From the NCBI GenBank assembly GCA_017610205.1, contig JAFCCL010000002.1, positions 32,001 through 96,000 on the forward strand: 64,000 nucleotides of DNA, given 5' to 3'. The translations under genes were made by a program, and so were the position numbers. Shown piece by piece: positions 57,241 to 64,000 of the stretch; within the stretch, counting starts at the first letter, position 1; every line of letters begins with the position of its first letter. The stretch comes from Candidatus Iainarchaeum sp. (GTDB lineage Archaea > Iainarchaeota > Iainarchaeia > Iainarchaeales > GCA-2688035). Below the pieces are notes generated by a model. It had not been told where the DNA came from. It was given only the letters and a program-made list of their open reading frames with translations, and did no database searches.

Positions 57241-57298
57241 TTAAGTAAAAAAATAGTTTTGAGAAAGAGTTAAAAATGCGAACGAACTGAGTTCGTGT

Positions 57299-57395
57299 CA
57301 TCGAGCCCAAGTGAAATGTGTCATTGAGTCCAAACGAAGATGGCACTCTGACCAGCCGGCAGTGGCGGCTCCCACACCAGCCAAGCGTGACGGCT
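57299..57395 (+). repeat. Cluster of REP-like hairpins (2x GA-loop motif, 2x ACCAGC..GTG.CGGCT motif)
   Basis: Motifs shared with 6300-6393, 20181-20206 and the 95-bp repeats. Confidence 0.65.
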
Positions 57396-57396
57396 T

Positions 57397-57586
57397 TGGA
57401 CCCTGCGGAAATTGAACAGCCTTTTAGAAAAAGGCTGGCTAAAATCACAACTACCACAAGGAACCCATTTCGCTTGGGCTCAATGGGTCAGTGGACCCTG
57501 CGGGAATTGAACAGCCTTTTAGAAAAAGGCTGGCTAAAATCACAACTACCACAAGGAACCCATTTCGCTTGGGCTCAATGGGTCAG
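57397..57586 (-). repeat. Two 95-bp tandem units, each a 74-bp palindromic cassette plus 21-nt tRNA-Ala 3' end
   Basis: Units 57397-57491 and 57492-57586 differ at one base; contain CAGCCTTTTAGAAAAAGGCTG and ACCCATT...AATGGGT hairpins. Confidence 0.9.
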
Positions 57587-57658
57587 TGGACCCTGCGGGA
57601 ATTGAACCCGCGGTCTCCCGATTGCCAACCGAGCGTCATACCACTAGACTAAGGGCCC
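57587..57658 (-). tRNA. tRNA-Ala(GGC)
   Basis: GGGCCCT/AGGGTCC acceptor with G3:U70, CTCGG-TTGGCAA-TCGGG. Confidence 0.95.
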
Positions 57659-57727
57659 GTTTAGAATAAGTGGGTTTGGAAAATGTTTAAAAAAGCGCGG
57701 TAGCTTCAAAGTATGATTAAAGCAACT

Positions 57728-57946
57728 TTAAGCGCTTATGAGGACTACGCTGTCGCCTCTAACCATTAGTTTTCCGTATTTGGTTTTTGGTTCGCCGTTT
57801 TCAAGCTGTGTTGCGTTGTCCAAGACAAGATTTAGGTGAACGTCAAATGCCTTTAGTGTTCCGCTTATTTGTATATTTCCTTTGAGCAAAATAAGTATTT
57901 CTTTTCCAAGCGCTTCGTTGAGCATGTCAAATGGTCTGTTTGCCAT
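57728..57946 (-). CDS. Sm-like archaeal protein (SmAP/LSm)
   Basis: RPFD, GTLKAFDVHLNLVL, VRGDSV. Confidence 0.95.
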   Translation of the reverse strand: MANRPFDMLNEALGKEILILLKGNIQISGTLKAFDVHLNLVLDNATQLENGEPKTKYGKLMVRGDSVVLISA

Positions 57947-57974
57947 AATTGTTTTTCCCCCTTGTCTTTTGCAA

Positions 57975-58766
57975 TTATTTTTTTCTTTTGAATTTTGCTA
58001 GCAACCTGCTTAAAAACCCTTGCTTCTTTGGACCTGCAAGGAACTCCTTTGTTTTTACTCCTGCAACCTTTGCTGCAATTTTTCTTATTTCAATGGCGGC
58101 AGGCGTTGTTGGTTTTCTTATTATTACAGGCTGTACGTTTTGCTGCATAAAGCTTCTTCTTACCTCAATGTCAAATGGAATTGTGCCATATACAGGCAAT
58201 TCAAGCATTTTCATTATGTCCTCGTTTTTTATTTCTCCTTTTTCACCCATGCTAAAATTTACAACTATTGCAGACGGATTTGAACCAAGCCTTTGTGCAA
58301 CAATTTTTGTTTTGAGAACGTCAGCAATGCTTGGAGAAGTAGGCATTGTTATGAGCAAAATTTCGTCTGCTGATGCAAGTGCAGACATAACATTTTTTTC
58401 AATTCCAGGAGGGGCATCCAGTAAAATAAAATCGTATTTTGGCGCAACCTGTCTTACAACAGATTCAAGTCGTTCTGTGTCAACCCTTTTGTAGGATTCA
58501 AGGCTTAAGCCACTTGGAATAACATTTATTCCGGCAGGACCTTCGTAGACTGCGTCTTCGATTTCGCTTTCGCCTATAAGAACATCGTGTAATGTTATTG
58601 GCGAGGACTGCATTCCAAGCAATAGGGAAAGATTTGCCATTGCAATGTCTGCGTCAATTAAGAGAACCTTGAGGTTTTTTTGCGCAAGTGCAATTCCAAG
58701 GTTGGCTGTTAGTGTTGTTTTTCCAACCCCTCCTTTGCCTGAAGCAATTGTTATTATTTTTCCCAA
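57975..58766 (-). CDS. minD: MinD-family ATPase
   Basis: SGKGGVGKTT, DADIAMANL, TLHDVL, LDAPPG, amphipathic tail GFLSRLLAKF. Confidence 0.92.
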   Translation of the reverse strand: MGKIITIASGKGGVGKTTLTANLGIALAQKNLKVLLIDADIAMANLSLLLGMQSSPITLHDVLIGESEIEDAVYEGPAGINVIPSGLSLESYKRVDTERLESVVRQVAPKYDFILLDAPPGIEKNVMSALASADEILLITMPTSPSIADVLKTKIVAQRLGSNPSAIVVNFSMGEKGEIKNEDIMKMLELPVYGTIPFDIEVRRSFMQQNVQPVIIRKPTTPAAIEIRKIAAKVAGVKTKEFLAGPKKQGFLSRLLAKFKRKK

Positions 58767-58819
58767 ATTAAACGCCTTTGTGTTATTATAATATATTCTT
58801 TGTTAAAAAATGTTGCTTT

Positions 58820-59281
58820 TCAAGAAATGTGCCTTTTTTTCAGTTCAAACTCTATTTCGCGTGCTATGGCCTTAAGTTCCACTGTTGAAAGGCAACTGTT
58901 TGCTTTTACAATATAAATGCTTTTCCCAAACGGCATTAGCATTACCCAATCCTTTTCTGTGCGCATTGTAACAAGGTCAGCGGTTGCAAAATTTTTGGTT
59001 GCAAAATTCATAAGATTTGAGGCATTTTTGCTTTCAGCCTGTCCATTTCCACTGCTGCTAAATACAACGTCATTTTTAAGACGCGTTACAGTAATGCTGT
59101 TTACAAGGTGTTTTCGTTTTAAGCATGATAAAAGCTCTTTGGGTTCGGTTCCCCTTATTTGAACGCTTTCGTTTGCCAGTACATCCTGAATCAGTGCAAA
59201 CTGTTGCTCTGGCAAAGCAGTATGGTCAAAGTCAAGAACTTTTGCGGCAAATTTAGTAAAAAAATAACTCAAACTAGACAT
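58820..59281 (-). CDS. Hypothetical protein, possible Roadblock/profilin-like fold
   Basis: Short beta strands VVFSS, WVML, IYIV and terminal helix ELKAIAREIE. Confidence 0.55.
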   Translation of the reverse strand: MSSLSYFFTKFAAKVLDFDHTALPEQQFALIQDVLANESVQIRGTEPKELLSCLKRKHLVNSITVTRLKNDVVFSSSGNGQAESKNASNLMNFATKNFATADLVTMRTEKDWVMLMPFGKSIYIVKANSCLSTVELKAIAREIEFELKKRHIS

Positions 59282-59413
59282 ATTTTTACAGTTCCTAATA
59301 GATTGACACCAGCGAAATCAATTAAAAAGTTTATATTGAAATAAAACCATTTAAAAACAATCAATTACCCCTCTTTTCAATCAATTACTCCTCTTTTTTT
59401 AGAAATTTACAGT

Positions 59414-59902
59414 TTAAATTGAACCAAGACCCAATTTTTTCAGAAGATTGTGCCTTGAAGCACTTGACTCAAGCTCCAATTCAAGAATTTTTGAAACAAG
59501 ATTTTCTTGATAGGAAGTGGGTTCAAGCTTTGAAAGCAACTGTTTTTCAACAGGCTTTGAAAGTGTAATGCAGTCATTAAAAGCAATTATTAAATCAATC
59601 TGCTGCTTGCTAAGACTGTTTAAATCAAACAATCCTTTCTTTGCCTTAAGCAAATTGAACATAAGGCGCAAAGCAAGCAAACCATAAACCTGTTTGTTTA
59701 ACCTGAGTGAATCAAAAACTGCACCAACTATGTTCTTTTCCTTAATCAAAAGCAACCCTTCCTCCAAACCGGAAATTCCCTCAATTGTAGCAACAAAATA
59801 TCCATTAAAATCGGATTCAAGAATCTTTTCAAGCCTCTTAAAAGGCACGATTTCAGAAAAAGACTTATGTTGTTCTACAACTGTTCCAACAGGTATGTTC
59901 AT
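59414..59902 (-). CDS. DUF2226-like archaeal protein
   Basis: MNIPVG, FNGY, EEGLLL..IVG, terminal SRHNLLKKLGL. Confidence 0.7.
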   Translation of the reverse strand: MNIPVGTVVEQHKSFSEIVPFKRLEKILESDFNGYFVATIEGISGLEEGLLLIKEKNIVGAVFDSLRLNKQVYGLLALRLMFNLLKAKKGLFDLNSLSKQQIDLIIAFNDCITLSKPVEKQLLSKLEPTSYQENLVSKILELELESSASRHNLLKKLGLGSI

Positions 59903-60367
59903 TCATCCACCCAGCACTATTACTACATCGGCAGTGTTTTTTAATGCTGCTGCCGAAGACTCTTCAGCCAAAACAACAATTGTTTGCTTGCCATAGCGCT
60001 TTGCCTTTATTATCGCAGGCAAAAAATCACTATCCCTTGTAACAAAAGCAATTGAATGAATTGCCTTGTTAAAAACAGCTTCGGTTGCATCGCTTGCCAT
60101 TGCAACATCAACATCTCCAACAGTTAACAAGGTTTCAAAACCCTGATTTACAACAGCTTCAACAAGTTTGTTGGAAGCAAACTGATTCAAAAAAACGCGG
60201 GCAATTTTTAAATTTCCGTGCTTTTCCAAAACCTGCTTTATGGTTTCCAAATCAATTCCAAGTTCCTTGCGCAAAATGTTTGGGCCGTCAACAAAAACAG
60301 CAATGTTTCGCCCCTTCTCTTTCTTAATTACCTTGCCAATCTTTTTCTTTACGTCGTCAAGCACCAA
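59903..60367 (-). CDS. NYN-domain protein (archaeal TIGR00288-like)
   Basis: FVDGPNILR, DVDV, TRDSDFLP, ALKNTAD. Confidence 0.92.
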   Translation of the reverse strand: MVLDDVKKKIGKVIKKEKGRNIAVFVDGPNILRKELGIDLETIKQVLEKHGNLKIARVFLNQFASNKLVEAVVNQGFETLLTVGDVDVAMASDATEAVFNKAIHSIAFVTRDSDFLPAIIKAKRYGKQTIVVLAEESSAAALKNTADVVIVLGG

Positions 60368-60445
60368 GGGAAAACACCAATATTATATATAATAAAGTAA
60401 TGACAATAATAAGAAAAAGGTATTTACAGCAGAATTTGTGGTTAA

Positions 60446-60991
60446 ATGAAACTAGATGGAAAAAGAATTTTTTTAAGGCCATGGCGAGAAAGCGATGCAG
60501 AAGACCTTGTGGCATTGTTAAATGATAAAAGCATTGCAAATTTTACAAGAGTTCCAAACCCATACAAATTAAAGCATGCAAGGAAAAAGTTAAAGGAATG
60601 CAGGGAAAAATGGCGAAAGAAACAGGAAGCTGGTTTTGCAATAATTTCCAAAAAAGAAAAGAAATTGCTTGGAAGCATTGACATAATGGACATTGACAAA
60701 CACAGCAGAAAAGCGCACATTGGCTACCTTCTTGGAAAAGAATTCAGGGGAAAGGGATTTATGCAGGAAGCAATACAGCTCGTGCTTGGGTTTGCATTCA
60801 AAAACCTGAAATTGAACAGGATTAGAATTAGCTGTTTTGTAAAAAACAAGGCAAGCAGAAAAGTCATTGAAAAAACAGGCGCCAAATTTGAGGGAATTGA
60901 AAGAGACGGCATCAAAAGCGGCCTTGGAAAGCTTCATGACGTAAGAGTTTACTCAATTCTTGCAAGAGAGTTCAAGCGAAAAGATATTTAA
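60446..60991 (+). CDS. GNAT acetyltransferase (RimJ/RimL type)
   Basis: LRPW, IGYLL..FRGKGFMQEA, NKASRKVIEK. Confidence 0.92.
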   Translation: MKLDGKRIFLRPWRESDAEDLVALLNDKSIANFTRVPNPYKLKHARKKLKECREKWRKKQEAGFAIISKKEKKLLGSIDIMDIDKHSRKAHIGYLLGKEFRGKGFMQEAIQLVLGFAFKNLKLNRIRISCFVKNKASRKVIEKTGAKFEGIERDGIKSGLGKLHDVRVYSILAREFKRKDI

Positions 60992-61024
60992 AGTGAAGCG
61001 GATTAATTTATTCAGGGTGTTTTT

Positions 61025-61426
61025 TTGGCAGAAGGAGAAAAAAAGTTTACAAACGCAGGTCATTTAAAGCCAGGAAGTTTTGTTTTAATTGACGGCTTTG
61101 CATGCCAGGTAAAAAGCGTTGACAAATCAAAGCCAGGAAAGCACGGCTCAGCAAAAGTAAGAGTTGTTGCATTTGACGTTTTCTCAGGCCAAAAAAGAGG
61201 ATTGCTAAAATCAACAGGAATGGATGTTGACGTTCCAATAATGCTGAAAGGAAGCGCACAAGTTGTTGCAGTAATGGGAGACACTGTACAAATAATGGAC
61301 CTTGGGACCTATGAAACCTTTGACGTAAAAAAGCCAGAAAGCATTCAAGGACTTGCTTCAGGCATTGAAGTAGAGTATGTAAAATGGGGAAGCCAAGTAA
61401 AGGTTTTAAGAAAGAAAGGAAGCTAA
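61025..61426 (+). CDS. eif5a: Translation factor aIF5A
   Basis: SKPGKHGSAK hypusine loop, QIMDLGTYETF. Confidence 0.95.
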   Translation: MAEGEKKFTNAGHLKPGSFVLIDGFACQVKSVDKSKPGKHGSAKVRVVAFDVFSGQKRGLLKSTGMDVDVPIMLKGSAQVVAVMGDTVQIMDLGTYETFDVKKPESIQGLASGIEVEYVKWGSQVKVLRKKGS

Positions 61427-61490
61427 TTCTGCAAAAAAAAAAAAAGCAAAACAAAACATTAAATAAAAAAAAACCTCTAATTAACACAAC

Positions 61491-63854
61491 ATGCAACCAA
61501 AGCATATTGCAACTGCACTAATTTTCCTAACAATAATTGGAACAGCGCAAGCAGCAACCTACTACTGTGACCCTGTCACCGGAAACACAACAACAGGCAA
61601 TGGAAGCGAAAGCAATCCCTGGGGAAGCCTTCAATCAATTGACGAAACAGGATTCTTTGACAATGAAACAATAGTTGGCGGAGACACAGTAAAGCTTCTA
61701 TCAGGTTACCATGGAATGTTTGCCCACAGCACCTATGGAGTAACACGCGAAGGACTGATTACTATTGAGGCAGCAGACGGAGCAATACCACAGCTTAGCA
61801 AAATAATAATAAAATATGCAGAAAACTGGAAGTTCAAGGGATTGCATATAAGCCCTGAATTTGCAGGCCCTGTTGAAGAAGGAACTGGGGCAATAATCTA
61901 CGGTTATGGAAACTATCACATAATAATTGAGGACTGCAACATTTTCATTGTTAATGATGCATCAGACTGGACTGCATATGAGTGGAGAGAAATAGCTCAA
62001 AATGGAATAGACATTCGCAGCCCAGCTGACTCTACATTTATCAATAACACTATAAGAAATGTGAAATACGGGTTTACCGGCATTGGAGGAAACAACCTAG
62101 TACAAGGCAACCTTGTGGACGGCTTTTCAATTGACGCTCTAACATCCTTAAATGGACCGAACACAATTGTTGAAGACAACATTTTCATCAATTCCTATGA
62201 TGACGAAGCAACAGGAACACACACCGATGGAATACAGGTCTTTCCAACAAACGACCTTCCAACCGAAAAATATGACAATATCACTATCAGAAGAAACTAT
62301 ATAAATGCAAGGACAGATCCAAACAGGGACCCAGACACTTTAGGCGGATTGCAGGGCATCTTCATTGAATCAACCGATTATTTTAGCGGAGTGATTGAAG
62401 ACAATGTTATCCTTGCAACAAACACAGGCCATGGAATAACAGTTCAAAATGCAGGTGGTCCAAAAGGACTTCAAATTTTAAACAACACGATTTTGTTACC
62501 TTATGGGATTACAAACGGTGACAACCACGGACCAGGAATAAGAATTACAGCAGAAGCAGACAACATAACCGTAAAAAACAACATTGCCAATAACTTTCCA
62601 CTGCCGGATGATTACCCCGGGAAAAACTTTGTTGTAGAAAACAACCTTGATGTAAGCGTTTACAGGGACATGGGAGACGATGACTATGTAGGTCTTTTTA
62701 AGGATTACCCAAACCACGACATGCGACTTCTAATGTCAAGCAAGGCATGCAATGGAAATATTACTAGAGAACCCTATCTTACAACAGGAAGCATGGTTGG
62801 AGCACTTGACTGCATACTTAACACTTGTTCAAAGGCAGGAGACTGCGATGATGAAAACCCCTGCACAACAGACTCTTGTTCAGAAGGGCAGTGTCAATAC
62901 TCTTTCAACAGCGACTCCTGCGATGATGGTATAGAATGTACTACCTCAGACCACTGCAATAATGGAATATGCAGCGATGTAACTCCTGACAGCAGCATTT
63001 GCCTAAGTATCTACCCGGAATGCACAAGCGCAACATGTGATGCGCAACAAGGCTGCATAAACTTTAGCCCGACAGACTGTAGAATTCCAAATGTTCCCAA
63101 CGACTTTGCTGCTTATTGGCGTTTTGAATTTGACACAAAGGATATAACCGAAATAAATAATGGAACCTTTATTGGCGGAACAGAAACATACGAGCCAGGT
63201 ATTCTTGGACAGGCAATAAGACTGAATGGAAACGAGCAGTACATTGATGTAGGGGACGGCACAACTAAGATTACAGGACCAATAACTATTTCTGCTTGGG
63301 CTAAGACCGATACAACAAGCACGAGGCAAGCAATTATTGGAAGGGGAAGCTATGACACCTCTCAAGTGCACCACCAGTACAACCTTTGGTTTAACCTGCC
63401 AAGCGGCTACATTAGGTCTGAAATAAGCAATGGCCTAACAAAATTTAAAGTGAACACTGACCCATACTTTGTCCAAAGCAATACCTGGTATCATGCGGTA
63501 AGCGTTTGGGATGGCTCAAAGATGCATCTTTATGTGAACGGATTGCTTGTAGATTCGATTGATGCTCCGCTTGCAAACCTGAATGACAAGACAGACAACA
63601 CGCTAATAGGAACCAAAGGCGCTTACACCTACTGGTTTGACGGCCTGCTTGACGAGATAATGCTTTACAGCCGTGCTTTAAGCACGGCAGAAATTGAACA
63701 GATTTACGCAAGCCAAAGCAGCAACCCACCAGAACCAGAGTGTGTTGACATGCCAACGCTTTTAGAGCATGTAGAACAATGGAAGCAGGGAAATATTGGA
63801 ATGACTACAATAATGGAAAAGATTGGCAAGTGGAAAAGTGGAGAAGGTTGCTGA
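61491..63854 (+). CDS. Secreted multidomain protein: parallel beta-helix, Cys-rich repeats, LamG domain, duplicated C-terminal helical motif
   Basis: Signal peptide, GNGSESNPW, HTDGIQ, CDDENPCTTDSC, AYWRFE...WYHAVSVWDG...GLLDEIMLYSRALS. Confidence 0.85.
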   Translation: MQPKHIATALIFLTIIGTAQAATYYCDPVTGNTTTGNGSESNPWGSLQSIDETGFFDNETIVGGDTVKLLSGYHGMFAHSTYGVTREGLITIEAADGAIPQLSKIIIKYAENWKFKGLHISPEFAGPVEEGTGAIIYGYGNYHIIIEDCNIFIVNDASDWTAYEWREIAQNGIDIRSPADSTFINNTIRNVKYGFTGIGGNNLVQGNLVDGFSIDALTSLNGPNTIVEDNIFINSYDDEATGTHTDGIQVFPTNDLPTEKYDNITIRRNYINARTDPNRDPDTLGGLQGIFIESTDYFSGVIEDNVILATNTGHGITVQNAGGPKGLQILNNTILLPYGITNGDNHGPGIRITAEADNITVKNNIANNFPLPDDYPGKNFVVENNLDVSVYRDMGDDDYVGLFKDYPNHDMRLLMSSKACNGNITREPYLTTGSMVGALDCILNTCSKAGDCDDENPCTTDSCSEGQCQYSFNSDSCDDGIECTTSDHCNNGICSDVTPDSSICLSIYPECTSATCDAQQGCINFSPTDCRIPNVPNDFAAYWRFEFDTKDITEINNGTFIGGTETYEPGILGQAIRLNGNEQYIDVGDGTTKITGPITISAWAKTDTTSTRQAIIGRGSYDTSQVHHQYNLWFNLPSGYIRSEISNGLTKFKVNTDPYFVQSNTWYHAVSVWDGSKMHLYVNGLLVDSIDAPLANLNDKTDNTLIGTKGAYTYWFDGLLDEIMLYSRALSTAEIEQIYASQSSNPPEPECVDMPTLLEHVEQWKQGNIGMTTIMEKIGKWKSGEGC

Positions 63855-63911
63855 AAAGAATTATATAGTTGTTTAAAAAAATAGAATGCAAAAAAAAGAG
63901 TGAAAAATAAA

Positions 63912-64000
63912 ATGAACAAAAAGATTGGCCTAACATTTGTAGCAATTCTGCTATTGACAGCTTGTGTTAGTGCATCAACTGTTTCAAGAAGCTTCAGTAG
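63912..64000 (+). CDS. Start of a secreted protein (truncated by window)
   Basis: MNKKIGLTFVAILLLTACVSASTVSRSFS signal peptide. Confidence 0.6.
   Translation, partial: MNKKIGLTFVAILLLTACVSASTVSRSFS

Noticed and set aside
57218-57605. ORFs 57218..57457 and 57318..57605
   Set aside because: They run through tRNA fragments and palindromic repeats; no protein features.
57397-57607. CRISPR array
   Set aside because: The sequences between repeats are identical rather than unique spacers, the repeat is a tRNA 3' end, and no cas genes are in the window.

Overview
64 kb of an AT-rich archaeal chromosome. The gene set (Nop5/fibrillarin, exosome-proteasome superoperon, aIF5A, eL15, eL43, Rpo12, NMD3, SmAP) and compact organisation suggest a DPANN lineage; Diapherotrites/Iainarchaeota-like is my inference. 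Most of the window is housekeeping: a bacterial-type AspRS (partial), GlyRS, a class III RNR operon, a MacB-type ABC exporter, glycosyltransferases and four tRNAs (Thr-CGT, Arg-CCT, Val-GAC with a D-loop intron, Ala-GGC). The most unusual signals are: (1) a degenerate sigma-70-like protein (sigma2+sigma4 behind two extra HTHs and a basic leader) inserted antisense in the exosome superoperon; (2) a family of covarying 'stem-GA-2bp-loop-2bp-GA-stem' hairpins shared by an IS200-like HUH transposase element, an intergenic element and tandem mini-cassettes at the tRNA-Ala 3' end; (3) two free-standing HTH-LAGLIDADG genes abutting tRNA 5' ends, one destroyed by the IS200-like element; (4) an intein-containing NrdD whose glycyl-radical motif is encoded as a separate 48-aa ORF; (5) an unexplained two-hairpin RNA candidate. 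All calls come from motif recognition by eye; no searches were run.
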